Part shown: piece after piece, positions 21,419-31,268 of the stretch
Layout: the number at the start of each line of letters is the position of its first letter
How positions within the stretch are numbered: position 1 is the stretch's first letter
Program-made: the position numbers and the translations under genes
Notes under the pieces: generated by a model
Told to the model about the DNA's origin: nothing
Seen by the model: only the letters and a program-made list of their open reading frames with translations
Databases searched by the model: none
Assembly (NCBI GenBank): GCA_965243025.1
Contig: CBDETY010000003.1
Span: 6,496,001-6,560,000, forward strand
Direction: 5' to 3'
DNA length: 64,000 nt
DNA from: Candidatus Latescibacterota bacterium
Lineage (GTDB): Bacteria; Latescibacterota; UBA2968; UBA8231

Positions 21419-22327
21419 ATGCCAGCGTCACCCGAAAGCACCAGGATAGGATTCATAGGACTGGGGATCATGGGGGCTCCCATGGCCCGCAACCTGATGG
21501 CGGCAGGATACTCGCTCAAGGTCTACAACCGCAGCGACCGCCCCCGGGTCCAGGAGGTGGTCGACGCCGGAGGGGAGCGGGTGGCGACGCCGGAGGAGGC
21601 GGCCCGCGGCAGCCAGGTCGTCATCACCATCGTCACCGACACCCCGGACGTCGAGGCGGTCATCCTCGGCGAGAACGGGGTGATCGCCGGAGTGGAGGAG
21701 GGGGCCGCCGTCATCGACATGAGCACCGTGTCCCCCCGCGTCACCCGCGAGATCGCCGCGGCCCTGAAGGAGAAGGGGGTCGACATGCTCGACGCCCCGG
21801 TCAGCGGCGGCGACGTCGGCGCCCGGCAGGGAACGCTGTCGATCATGGTCGGCGGCGAGCAGCAGGTTTTCGACGAGTGCCTCCCGGTGTTCGAGGCGAT
21901 GGGAAAGAACATCAACCTGATCGGCGGCAACGGGGCCGGACAGGTGACCAAGCTCTGCAACCAGATCGGCGTCGCCGTGGCCAACCTCGCCATGGCGGAA
22001 GCGCTGATGCTCGCGGCGGCCTCCGATCTCGACGTCGGCAAGGTGGTCGAGGCGATCAGCGGCGGAGCGGCCGGTTCCTGGCAGCTGACCAACCTGGGAC
22101 CCCGCGTCCTGCAGGGGGACTTCGACCCGGGCTTCATGGTGCGCCTGCAGCAGAAGGACCTCAAGCTGGTCCTCGAATCGGCGAACGACGTCAAGCTCGC
22201 CCTGCCGGCGGTCAGCATCGCCCACCAGTACTTCAACATCGTCGAGCGCATGGGGTGCGCCGACGAGGGCACCCAGGCCCTGATCAAGGCGTACGAAGCG
22301 CAGGCGCGGAGAGAGGCGCGAAGCTGA
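21419..22327 (+). CDS. Beta-hydroxyacid dehydrogenase (tartronate semialdehyde reductase/3-hydroxyisobutyrate DH family)
   Basis: IGFIGLGIMG.PMA.NL, DAPVSGG, G.GQ..KLCNQ, KDL. Confidence 0.88.
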   Translation: MPASPESTRIGFIGLGIMGAPMARNLMAAGYSLKVYNRSDRPRVQEVVDAGGERVATPEEAARGSQVVITIVTDTPDVEAVILGENGVIAGVEEGAAVIDMSTVSPRVTREIAAALKEKGVDMLDAPVSGGDVGARQGTLSIMVGGEQQVFDECLPVFEAMGKNINLIGGNGAGQVTKLCNQIGVAVANLAMAEALMLAAASDLDVGKVVEAISGGAAGSWQLTNLGPRVLQGDFDPGFMVRLQQKDLKLVLESANDVKLALPAVSIAHQYFNIVERMGCADEGTQALIKAYEAQARREARS

Positions 22328-22330
22328 AGG

Positions 22331-23122
22331 ATGGACCTGAAGAAAGTCGGGGTCCTGCTGCGCGACGGAGAGCAGACCTATCCGCTCTCCGAGCTCGACG
22401 ACCTCTTCGCGAGGCGCGGCATTTCCCTTGCCCCCCTGAAGTGGGACGAGACCCCGCCCGGAGATCTCGACATGGTCATGGCCATGGGCGGGGACGGCAC
22501 CGTCCTCAAGGCCCTCGACCTGTTCTGCACCGGGCCGGTGCTGGCGGTCAACTTCGGCACCACCGGATTCCTGACCGCCGCCGACCGCGACGACCTCGAC
22601 CAAGTGCTGACCCTGCTCCTCGAGGGGAACTACCTGGTCAGCGAGCGCCTGGTCCTCGAGTGCCGGCATCCGCACGGGGTGACGCGGTCGATCAACGAGA
22701 TCATCGTGCGCCTCACCGGGAGCGGCTTCCTCTACATCGACGTTTCCGTGAACGGCACCAAGATCCGCACCATCAAGGGGGACGGGGTAGTGGTCGGCAC
22801 CCCGACCGGAAGCACCGGTTTCCTGCTTTCAGCCGGGGCTCCCATCGTGATGCCCGACGTCCGCTGCCTGATGCTCGACGGCATCAACGAGCACAACTTC
22901 ACCTCGCGCTCGCTGATCCTCGCACCCGACTGCAGTATCGAGCTGCACGTCAGCGACGAGACCCGCGATCACGGGGTCCATATCGCCGCGGACGGGCGCC
23001 ATCTGGGCAGCCTGAGCCCCGGGGACGACGTGCAGATCGTCCAGTCGGCGACCACGGCCAGGCTGATCTACTTCCAGGACAGCTACTTCTTCAACAACCT
23101 CTCCTCGAAGCTGGGCTGGTAG
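22331..23122 (+). CDS. nadK: NAD(+) kinase
   Basis: GGDGT, G..GFL, NE, GDG.VV.TPTGST. Confidence 0.88.
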   Translation: MDLKKVGVLLRDGEQTYPLSELDDLFARRGISLAPLKWDETPPGDLDMVMAMGGDGTVLKALDLFCTGPVLAVNFGTTGFLTAADRDDLDQVLTLLLEGNYLVSERLVLECRHPHGVTRSINEIIVRLTGSGFLYIDVSVNGTKIRTIKGDGVVVGTPTGSTGFLLSAGAPIVMPDVRCLMLDGINEHNFTSRSLILAPDCSIELHVSDETRDHGVHIAADGRHLGSLSPGDDVQIVQSATTARLIYFQDSYFFNNLSSKLGW

Positions 23123-23169
23123 CCTCCGGCGGAGCCGCCCCGGCGTGGGAGCGCCATACGGCCCCCTGG

Positions 23170-24684
23170 CTACAGGATGCCGAGGCGGCCCGGCGCCTCC
23201 GCGTCGAGCAGGCGCTCCGGCGGCAGGACGAGGTTGAGCTCGCGGACCTCCCCTGCAGAGAGCCCGGCGAGCCTGTCCACGAGGCCGAGAAAGCGGCCGA
23301 TCTCCTCCTCTTCGGCGAGGCCGGCGGTGAGGGTGCGCAGCTTGCGCTCGTACTCTCCCCGCCGGAAGGGGCGGGCGCCGAACGAGTGGGCGTTCGGATT
23401 GTCGAGGCGTACGCCGATCCGGGAACCGTCGTTCATCACCACCACCACCTCGGCCCCGAACTTCTTGCGCGACGGGTCGAGGTCGTGGTAGGCGGCCGTC
23501 CACTCCGCCGCCTCCTCGGTGCGTATCCGGTGCCACAGGCGCACCGTCGAGGCGCGGTGGGCCCGTTCGGAGGTGTAGCTGTCGACGTGATGCCAGGCCC
23601 CGTCCTCCCAGGCCACCGCCAGGATGTACATGGCGCTGTGGTCGAGGGTCTCGCGCGAGGCGTCCGGGTCCATCTTCTGCGGGTCGTTGGCGCCGCTGCC
23701 GATGACGTTGTGGGTGTGATGGGAGGTGCGGATCACCACTTGGGCGACCTCGGCGGGGTCGAGCCGCCGCGCGTGCAGGGTAAACCCCAGGTCGATCAGC
23801 GCCTGCGCCTGGTACTCGGCCGAGTGTTCCTTCGTATAGGACTGCAGGATGGCCGTCAACGGCTCTCCCGGGGATGGCAGCGGCACGGAGTACTCCGCGT
23901 CCGGTCCGGAGAGCAGCCAGGCGATGACGGCGTCGCGGCCTTCGTAAATCGGCGAGGGGGCCTTCTCCCCGAGCCTGGCGCGCCCCGCCGCCTCGATGGC
24001 GGTCTTGCCCGCCTGTGCCGGGGCGTACGCCTTCCAGCTGGTTATGTCCCCCTTGCGCGACTGCCGCGTGGCGCAGCCGAGGTGGACGCTCTGGTTGACC
24101 GCCTGGAAGATCTCCTCCGCCGGCATTTCCAGCATGGTGCCGATGCCGGCGGCGACCGCGGGGGCCAGGTGGGCGACGTGGTCGATCTTGTGCTCGTGCA
24201 GGCAGATCCCGGTCACCAGCGCCATCTGCGTCTCGTAGGCGGTGGCGATCCCCAGGGCCAGTTTTCGCCCGTCGCGCCCGGTCTGCTGGGCGACCGCGAG
24301 GAGGCCGGGGATGGTGTCGCCGGGATGGGAGTAGTCGGCGGCGAGGTAGCAGTCGTGCATGTCGAGCTCGCGCACCGCCACCCCGTTGGCCAGGGCCGCC
24401 CACTCGCAGTGGAAGGTGCGTTCCCCGGCGACCCCGAACAGCGAGGCGCCGGTCCCGGGGTGGGGGTACCCGAGGGCCAGCAGGCGGGCGTTGCGCACCG
24501 GGGGGCGGTTGACGGCGGCGACGGCGACCGCGGCGTTGTCGATCAGGCGGTTGCCGATCATTTCGGCGACCTCGGCCTCGAGGGAGCGGTTTCCCGCGGC
24601 CATGGCGGCGATCTTCCAGGCGAGCTGTTCCTCCCTGGGGAGCACGGCCCCTTCGGCGTGGGTCCTTGCGACGACGGCTGGCAT
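23170..24684 (-). CDS. prpD: MmgE/PrpD family 2-methylcitrate dehydratase
   Basis: ANGVAVRELD.HD, YSHP.D, LHEHKIDHVAH, SWKAYAP, KEHSAEYQ, SRETLDHS. Confidence 0.88.
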   Translation of the reverse strand: MPAVVARTHAEGAVLPREEQLAWKIAAMAAGNRSLEAEVAEMIGNRLIDNAAVAVAAVNRPPVRNARLLALGYPHPGTGASLFGVAGERTFHCEWAALANGVAVRELDMHDCYLAADYSHPGDTIPGLLAVAQQTGRDGRKLALGIATAYETQMALVTGICLHEHKIDHVAHLAPAVAAGIGTMLEMPAEEIFQAVNQSVHLGCATRQSRKGDITSWKAYAPAQAGKTAIEAAGRARLGEKAPSPIYEGRDAVIAWLLSGPDAEYSVPLPSPGEPLTAILQSYTKEHSAEYQAQALIDLGFTLHARRLDPAEVAQVVIRTSHHTHNVIGSGANDPQKMDPDASRETLDHSAMYILAVAWEDGAWHHVDSYTSERAHRASTVRLWHRIRTEEAAEWTAAYHDLDPSRKKFGAEVVVVMNDGSRIGVRLDNPNAHSFGARPFRRGEYERKLRTLTAGLAEEEEIGRFLGLVDRLAGLSAGEVRELNLVLPPERLLDAEAPGRLGIL

Positions 24685-24706
24685 CGGCAGCGGTGGGGCG
24701 GGCGGC

Positions 24707-25507
24707 TCAGCGGCCGCGGGAAGGGACGAAGACAGCGGACTGGTTGTAGGGAATCACGAGCGCCCCGACGCCGCCGGGAAGGTGGGCCGCCCACTCGTGC
24801 GGATCGTAGTCGCGCGCCGTGAAGCAGCCGTAATGGGCAGGCACCGCGGTCTCGATCCCGATGGCGGCCGCCATCTCCGCGGAACCCTCGAAGAACGGGA
24901 ACTCACCTTCCGCCGGGTGATTGGTCAGCAGGCCGATGTCGGGGCGCAGGTCGCGGACCGCGGCAACCAGTTCGGCGTGGCTGGCGAAGTTGTTGATCGG
25001 GTCGCCCGACACGTACACCCGCACCGCTCCCGTATCGACGACGTACCCGAGGTGCTGGACGTCGGGAGGTTCGATGCCGTTGGCCGGATCCCCGGCCGGG
25101 GGCTTGGCGTACACCGCGTGGAACGCCATCCCTGCCGCGGAGGCGGAATCCCCGGCAGCCACCGGGGTGATCGAGGCGTCGGGAATCCCGGCCGCGGCGA
25201 CCGCCTCGGCGCTTTCCGACGGGCCGACGACGGCCAGGCCGGGGTTGGCGCCGCGGATGCGCTCGATCGACTCGATGCAGGTGTGGTCGCCGTGGTTGTG
25301 CGTCAGGAGCACGCAATCGGTGCGCAGCGATTCCTCCATCAGCGGCGGGCGCGGATGAATGAAGGCTTCCGGGGACCGCTCGCGGGGGAAATAGGGGTCG
25401 ACCTGGACGATCTCACCGGAACTGTTCCTGAGACCGAAGCTGCTCTGGCCGAACCAGTGGATGCCGACGCCGTTTTCGGGCACGACGAGGTCTTCGAAAG
25501 GATGCAT
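24707..25507 (-). CDS. MBL-fold metallo-hydrolase (UlaG-like)
   Basis: W.GQSSF, VDPY, THNHGDH, GY...SGD, P.HY..F. Confidence 0.85.
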   Translation of the reverse strand: MHPFEDLVVPENGVGIHWFGQSSFGLRNSSGEIVQVDPYFPRERSPEAFIHPRPPLMEESLRTDCVLLTHNHGDHTCIESIERIRGANPGLAVVGPSESAEAVAAAGIPDASITPVAAGDSASAAGMAFHAVYAKPPAGDPANGIEPPDVQHLGYVVDTGAVRVYVSGDPINNFASHAELVAAVRDLRPDIGLLTNHPAEGEFPFFEGSAEMAAAIGIETAVPAHYGCFTARDYDPHEWAAHLPGGVGALVIPYNQSAVFVPSRGR

Positions 25508-25830
25508 TGTTCTCTCTTTCCGTGAGTAGTTGCCCGGGTCGACGGCGGGGCAGGACGGCCCGGGTTGCTGCGAATTTCCAGGCCGGGGGCCGAAGGCTCG
25601 GAAACGGCGAGGCGAGGGTTTCGCCATCGCCTTTGATTGCAGGTGGATTCGGTGGCCGCTCCGGCAACCTGGGAAATCGATACCTTTGCGTCAAGGGTGA
25701 AGGGCAGAGCCTCATAATTGCCATCCCCTGTAAAAACAGTATCTTAGTCGAAATCAAGCCAAGCGGCGCGCCGGTGTCTTTCCACCGGAAGGAAACCGGA
25801 GACCAACCCCCACAGCGACGGAGAGAAGCG

Positions 25831-26139
25831 ATGGCGAGAGTAGGGTTCCGCATGAACCTCAAGCCGGGAAACGAGGCGGAGTACAAAAAGCGGCACGACG
25901 AGATCTGGCCGGAGCTGACCCGGCTTCTCCACGATACCGGCATAAGGAACTACACGATCTTCCGCGACGGCCTGACCCTTTTCGCATACCTCGAGATCGA
26001 CGACCCGGCCGCCCTCGACGAGCTGCCGGACAAGGAGCTGATGCGCAAATGGTGGGTCTACATGGAGCCGCTGATGGTCTACAACGACGACTCCACCCCG
26101 GCGGTCACCATGCTCGAAGAGGCGTTTCACCAGGACTGA
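25831..26139 (+). CDS. rhaM: L-rhamnose mutarotase
   Basis: F.M.LKPG...EY.KRHDEIWPE, GIRNY.IF, KWW..M. Confidence 0.88.
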   Translation: MARVGFRMNLKPGNEAEYKKRHDEIWPELTRLLHDTGIRNYTIFRDGLTLFAYLEIDDPAALDELPDKELMRKWWVYMEPLMVYNDDSTPAVTMLEEAFHQD

Positions 26140-26149
26140 CGCCTCCCGG

Positions 26150-27424
26150 ATGAGCACCGCCACCCTTTTCGACAGGCAGTACGAGAGACGCAAGGCCGGT
26201 CTGCTCGGCGATGTGGTCGAGCGTCTGCGCGGCCGCTACACCCCGGAGGAGACCGCGGCGCTGCGCATCGACCCGGTCGACCCGGAGATCCTGTCGCAGC
26301 GCTCCGGGCGCGGTTTCGTCAACCGGGACATCCTCGAAACCCTGCTCGGCAACCTGCTGGAGTGCGTTGCACCGGGGTCCCACAACGCGGTCGCCCCCCA
26401 GGCCAAGCAGGAGCTCTCCTCCGCCCTCGGGGAAGTCGCCGACCAGGTCTACGCCATGGTCGCCCAGTCGCTGCTGGCAGCCGGCGAGGAGGAGCGCCTC
26501 GAGGAAGGGGCCCTGGCGGCGACCTTCGCCCTGCTCTGGGAGCTCCCCGAGCTCAAGGAGCGCTCGCGGTGGAACCGCTTCGCCTCGCTGAAGGATCCGG
26601 CGGTCTGGGACGCCTACCTGCTGCATACCTGCGGACTTTCCCCCGGGGAGCTCGCCGGGCTCGACTTCGGCCGGCACCTCGACAAGGCCATAGCCGAACG
26701 GGACTTCGGCCTCTACCGCGAGTTTCTGAAATCCCTGAAGTGCGACTTCATCTTCGACTACCAGATGCAGCTGGTGATGAGCACCTACCCGGGCTGGCGG
26801 GTGCTCTTCTACCACGACGTCGCCCACTCCCTGACGCGCTCGGGAGAGGTCGCCGGCAACCCGCAGCTGACCCGCCTGCCGGTTCCCCTGCTGCCGCGCG
26901 CGATCGCCGAGCTGGCGGGACGCTACTACCAGGCCGACATCCACCCGGAGACGGAGATCGGGGACGCCATCTTCTTCGACCACCCCCACCGCGGCATCAC
27001 CACCGGTCAGACCGGCGTCATCGGTTCCGGCTGCCACCTGATGCCCTGCACCCTCGGCGGACTGTCGCGGCGGCTGCGGCGCCGCCACCCCAGGCTGGGG
27101 GACAGCGTCTTCATCGGCACCGACGCCAACCTGATCGGCCCGGTGATCATCGGCGACCGCTCGGTGATCGGGGCCAACACCGAGGTCTACGGTTTCGTCG
27201 AAGTTGGGCGCGACTGCCGCATCGGGTCCTCGGTGGTCGTGGGAACGGTCAAGTCGACCGACGCGAGCCCCGGGCGCGTGCTGGTGGGGGACGGCGTCAG
27301 GATCGGCGACGGCACGATCGTCGAGAACGAGTCGCCGCTGGACCTCGTCATCCCCGGCGGCGCGCAGATCCAGGCGCGCAGCCACGTCGTCAACCGGGAG
27401 GGGGCCCCCGAGTTCGTCGGGTAG
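26150..27424 (+). CDS. Divergent serine O-acetyltransferase-like LbH protein with long N-terminal extension
   Basis: YPG...HDVAH.L, PLLPR.IAE.A, DIHP...IG...FFDH, TLGG...RHP.LGD.V.IG, extra hexapeptide coils. Confidence 0.7.
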   Translation: MSTATLFDRQYERRKAGLLGDVVERLRGRYTPEETAALRIDPVDPEILSQRSGRGFVNRDILETLLGNLLECVAPGSHNAVAPQAKQELSSALGEVADQVYAMVAQSLLAAGEEERLEEGALAATFALLWELPELKERSRWNRFASLKDPAVWDAYLLHTCGLSPGELAGLDFGRHLDKAIAERDFGLYREFLKSLKCDFIFDYQMQLVMSTYPGWRVLFYHDVAHSLTRSGEVAGNPQLTRLPVPLLPRAIAELAGRYYQADIHPETEIGDAIFFDHPHRGITTGQTGVIGSGCHLMPCTLGGLSRRLRRRHPRLGDSVFIGTDANLIGPVIIGDRSVIGANTEVYGFVEVGRDCRIGSSVVVGTVKSTDASPGRVLVGDGVRIGDGTIVENESPLDLVIPGGAQIQARSHVVNREGAPEFVG

Positions 27425-27530
27425 CAAGAGGAACCGAAGCACCAAGCGACCCTGCCTTCCGCAGCCAAGGCCAAGGCAGAACACCAGCCTTGTCCTTTGG
27501 ACTCCGGCCGCTTGCTCACCGGAGTTCGAA

Positions 27531-28148
27531 CTATGTTACCACTTCTGTGATGGCCTCGCGGAAATTCACAAAGCTACGGGAACTGCTGCAGTCCGGGTTG
27601 ATATGCGGGGCAATGGCACCTGCGGCTTCTACCTTGCGCAGCCCGTTCCGGAAGTAACCACTGGTCTGTAGGATGCGTTCAAACGCCTCCCATGTTCCAT
27701 CCTTTATCGCATCGGGGTTGCGAAAAAGTGGCCGCTTGGGCACGGTCGGTGACACCCTCGGATAGGCCCTCTTTACGGCATTCCAGTCGCCGAAGTACCA
27801 AGCTTCAAGTTCCTCAATTGCAATGCGATTCACCACTTGCCAAGGGCCCCGGGAGCCCGAGCGAGTGTGCAACCCCGCTCCGTTCGCAGCGGTCTCAAGC
27901 CTTAGCTTCAGATCATGGCAATCATCCTCGTCGCGATCGACTACCACGACGATGCGCCCATAATTCAATGGCCAGTGAGCATAGCCTTTCAGGCGCGCAT
28001 GTAATTTATCCAACAGGTCGGGCTTGCCCTGAAACGCATGGATGCGGAAGGTCCAGTGCTCCGGGAGCAACCGGGGAAGTAAACCATTAAGAAATGCCTC
28101 CATTGAAGGCTCTTCTACCAAGAATTCCAGATGGTGATACGTCATCAT
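27531..28148 (-). CDS. DUF4276-family TOPRIM-like protein
   Basis: [31 protein letters not shown]; overlaps ATPase stop. Confidence 0.8.
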   Translation of the reverse strand: MMTYHHLEFLVEEPSMEAFLNGLLPRLLPEHWTFRIHAFQGKPDLLDKLHARLKGYAHWPLNYGRIVVVVDRDEDDCHDLKLRLETAANGAGLHTRSGSRGPWQVVNRIAIEELEAWYFGDWNAVKRAYPRVSPTVPKRPLFRNPDAIKDGTWEAFERILQTSGYFRNGLRKVEAAGAIAPHINPDCSSSRSFVNFREAITEVVT

Positions 28149-29407
28149 TTATCACTTCTCGATGGTTCAGTGACTCCGCCTTGGTTGACTAGTGGGTCGC
28201 CCAGGTTGAAGTAACCCTCCATCCACAAGTGACCGAGCAGTGCGCCTTGATCCCTAAATGCACGAACTTCCTCTATATCCGCGACGCGTTGCGTGTGGGT
28301 ATAGCCTTCTTCGTCGCGCCAGAGGACGCGCACCTCTTCAGGCCGCAAGGCGTTTAGGAAAAAAGGGGAATGTGTGGTGACCAACAGCTGAGTTTGTTCA
28401 CCGGCTGCGCGGCACTCTTCGGCGAGCTCCAGAAGCAGCCGAGGATGGAGGAAGTTTTCCGGCTCCTCGATGCCGATAAAGGGTGGTGGTGCCGGGTCGT
28501 GAAGCAGGACCAAATAGGCAAGCAGTTTGAGAGTGCCGTCGGAAGCGAACCGAGCCAACACCGGGTTGGTGAAAGGGGCGTCCTTGATTTGCAACAGCAG
28601 CCGGCCGTCGGGCATGGTATCGGCCAATACCTTCTCAACGCGCGGTACCCGCCGGCGCAGGATGGCGAAGACTTCCTCAAGCCTCTCTGGGTGCTGCTCT
28701 GCCAAGTATTGGATTACGTTGGCGAGATTGTCGCCCGTCTTGCTCAATTGTTCCTGCGGTCCGGATTCGGGCTGGCCGCGCGCGCTGTCCGACGAAAGGT
28801 AGGACACATGCCAGCCTGTAATGAACTGACGCAGTGCGGCAACTCGTGGGTGATCGGCGAACTGACCCAAGGCATTGACAGCAAGCAGGTCCGGAGCGTT
28901 AAGGGGGATTTCTATCCGCTGGTCTTCTTCGTCTGGTTGGTCACCGCTGACGGCCCTTCCTTGGCCTTGTTCGTATTGGAGAAACCGAAAAGGTTTTCCC
29001 CGTTGGAACCGCCGCCATTGCAGCCATTCTTCGACTACGACGGGGGTCCCTTTCCGTTCATCAACCGCCAAGTGATAGGTGATAAGTGGTCTGCCAGGCT
29101 GCTCTCGGTATTTTATCTCGATAACCACCGGTCCCTCCGCTCCCCGCGACACAAGTTCTTTCCCCCGTCCACGCTTATCCCATGCGCGTCGCAGCCCCAT
29201 TTCGAAACATTCGGCAAGAAACGCGAACACGTCGAATACGGTGGATTTGCCACTGCCGTTGGGGCCAAGCAGAACGGTTAGAGGAGTCAGGTTCCTGAAC
29301 TCGACATTCCGGAGGACACGAAAATTCTGCACCTTCAGGTATTCAACACGTGGTGGAGAGGTGCTTTTTAATGTCAGGTTCATTTTCACCCTCGTTTCTG
29401 GCGGCAT
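28145..29407 (-). CDS. AAA_21/ABC-type ATPase
   Basis: [12 protein letters not shown] signature, IEEPEN.LHP, TTHSP. Confidence 0.88.
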   Translation of the reverse strand: MPPETRVKMNLTLKSTSPPRVEYLKVQNFRVLRNVEFRNLTPLTVLLGPNGSGKSTVFDVFAFLAECFEMGLRRAWDKRGRGKELVSRGAEGPVVIEIKYREQPGRPLITYHLAVDERKGTPVVVEEWLQWRRFQRGKPFRFLQYEQGQGRAVSGDQPDEEDQRIEIPLNAPDLLAVNALGQFADHPRVAALRQFITGWHVSYLSSDSARGQPESGPQEQLSKTGDNLANVIQYLAEQHPERLEEVFAILRRRVPRVEKVLADTMPDGRLLLQIKDAPFTNPVLARFASDGTLKLLAYLVLLHDPAPPPFIGIEEPENFLHPRLLLELAEECRAAGEQTQLLVTTHSPFFLNALRPEEVRVLWRDEEGYTHTQRVADIEEVRAFRDQGALLGHLWMEGYFNLGDPLVNQGGVTEPSRSDK

Positions 29408-29473
29408 TATCGAGTTCTTGAATTTCTACAATTCAAAGTAATGAAAAATACCGGGAGAACCCGCCCCCCGGCT

Positions 29474-30427
29474 TCAGAATCCGCAGCGCTCCGCCGCCCT
29501 GAAGAACGGCTCCGAGACCGCCATGGCCCCCCGGAAAGGAAGGTCGCCCGTCATCGGGTGGACGCAGAGCAGGCGGCAGCCGTTCTCCATCGCCCGCACC
29601 ATGTTGTCCTCGATATCCCCGGGGTCCTCCATCGAGCCGCTGCCCACCACCCGTCCGAGGTGAACGCCCCGGTCGGCGGCGGCGCGGAAGAGCGCGTCGA
29701 TGGCGTCCTCCACCTCGGGGAGGTCCCCCTCGCGCAGGATGGCGTCGAAAGGGCCGACAAACCCGCAGGCCTTGTTGCGGCCCTGGGCGGCCATCAGGTC
29801 GAGCAGGCGGTCGCGCAGGCCGGTATCGGTGATGTACTCGGCGGTTTCGAACTGCAGCCAGCCCTGGGTTTCGGTTTCGGCGCCGCGCAGGGAGTCCGGG
29901 GTGAAGCACATGGTGCGGTCGCCGGTGCGCACCGGGTAGCCGCCGCGGTCGACGGCTGTCGCCTGCCCGGGCACGGGGAACTGGACCGACCGGTAGAACA
30001 CCTCGGCCTCCTCGTAGGTGGTTCCGTACGGCCTCATGGTGCCGCGCGCCCCGAGCTGGAAGGCGTCGCCGTGGGAGCTCAGGGCCTCGCGGTGCAGGCG
30101 CTGGATCGCCAGCAGACCGAGGCGGCACTCGGCGGCGTTCTGCTCGGTCCCGTACCAGCCTTCGCGCTGCCGGTGCTCGGCGTCGTTGACGATCCAGGAA
30201 AACCCCGCCTTGGCCCAGGCGTGGGCCTCGCTCTCGCGGAACTGGTGCCAGGGGATGTCGTTGAAGATCCCGAGCAGGGGAGGGGTCTCGGCGACCGTGG
30301 CATGGCGGTCGAGAACCTCCTTCAGCGGGTTGCGGCCCGGGTGGGAAACGTAGGCGTGGGCCCGGCGGGCGAACTCCTCGACCTTGAGCGGGCGCGAGCC
30401 GCCGACCGCCTCGATGGCAGTTGTCAT
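29474..30427 (-). CDS. Divergent HpcH/HpaI aldolase/citrate-lyase-like protein
   Basis: GFSWIVNDAEH, GARG.M.P, Q.ET, FVGPFD. Confidence 0.6.
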   Translation of the reverse strand: MTTAIEAVGGSRPLKVEEFARRAHAYVSHPGRNPLKEVLDRHATVAETPPLLGIFNDIPWHQFRESEAHAWAKAGFSWIVNDAEHRQREGWYGTEQNAAECRLGLLAIQRLHREALSSHGDAFQLGARGTMRPYGTTYEEAEVFYRSVQFPVPGQATAVDRGGYPVRTGDRTMCFTPDSLRGAETETQGWLQFETAEYITDTGLRDRLLDLMAAQGRNKACGFVGPFDAILREGDLPEVEDAIDALFRAAADRGVHLGRVVGSGSMEDPGDIEDNMVRAMENGCRLLCVHPMTGDLPFRGAMAVSEPFFRAAERCGF

Positions 30428-30428
30428 C

Positions 30429-31178
30429 TCAGTCCTTTCCGTGAGCGGCCCGCTCGCGAGCCGCTCTCTGGTCTTTTGGAAACCGGCAGCCGCGGCGCAG
30501 ACAACAGCCGCGGCAATCCGGCGTTGCGCGGCAGCGTTCGACCGCGTGCCGCACCAGGAGAGCGTGGTACTCCTCGAACAGACCGGCGTCTGCCGGCAGC
30601 GCCGAGGTGAACAGGGTCTGCAGCTCCTCGTAGCCGGCGCCGTTTCCGGTCCAGCCGAGGCGGGAGCAGATGCGCCGCGTGTACGCGTCGACGACGAAGC
30701 AGGGATGGCGGCCGGCGTACAGCAGGATGGAGTCCGCGGTCTCGGGTCCGATCCCCTTGAGGGAGAGCAGCTCGCCGCGCAGGGAATCGGTGGGCCGGCG
30801 CAGCATCGCCGCCGTGCTGCCCCCGTAGTTCTCCACCACGTGGCCGGCGAGGCCGTGCAGCCGCTCTGCCTTCTGGTTGTAGTACCCGGAAGACCGGATC
30901 ACCTCGGCGAGCTGTCCGACCGCAAGGCCGCGCAGCCGCCGGGGAGTGCGGATCCGCCGCCGGGCGAGGGCGGCCAGCGCCTGCTCGGCGTTGCGCCAGG
31001 AGGTGTTCTGCGTGAGGACCGCCCCGACGACGATCTCCCAGCGCTCGCGGTCGCTCAAGCGGCGCCGGGTCGCGCCCGGGTAGTACCGGGGGGTGATCTC
31101 GTTTTTCGGGGTCGTCGGCCACCAGCCCTGGGGGCCGTAGCAGTCGTGGAGTCTTCTGAACAGGGTGCGCGGTTTCAA
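30429..31178 (-). CDS. Endonuclease III-related HhH-GPD DNA glycosylase
   Basis: YGPQ.WWP, GAVLTQNT.W.N, SGYYNQKA, KGIGPETADSILLYA, VDAYT, C-terminal Cys cluster. Confidence 0.88.
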   Translation of the reverse strand: MKPRTLFRRLHDCYGPQGWWPTTPKNEITPRYYPGATRRRLSDRERWEIVVGAVLTQNTSWRNAEQALAALARRRIRTPRRLRGLAVGQLAEVIRSSGYYNQKAERLHGLAGHVVENYGGSTAAMLRRPTDSLRGELLSLKGIGPETADSILLYAGRHPCFVVDAYTRRICSRLGWTGNGAGYEELQTLFTSALPADAGLFEEYHALLVRHAVERCRATPDCRGCCLRRGCRFPKDQRAARERAAHGKD

Positions 31179-31268
31179 GACCCGGAAAATCGCCCGCCCG
31201 GCTCTGGCAGGTCAAGGCGAGCGCGGCTAAATTGACCGCCCTCGCAACGAACCGGAAGGGGTGAAATC

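Noticed and set aside
25780-25800. CCGGAAGG resembling the SRP RNA loop
   Set aside because: Lacks the flanking CAGG and AGCAG helix-8 motifs.
29421-29429. AATTTCTAC resembling a Cas12a repeat stem
   Set aside because: Single occurrence, no array or cas genes; part of a local palindrome.
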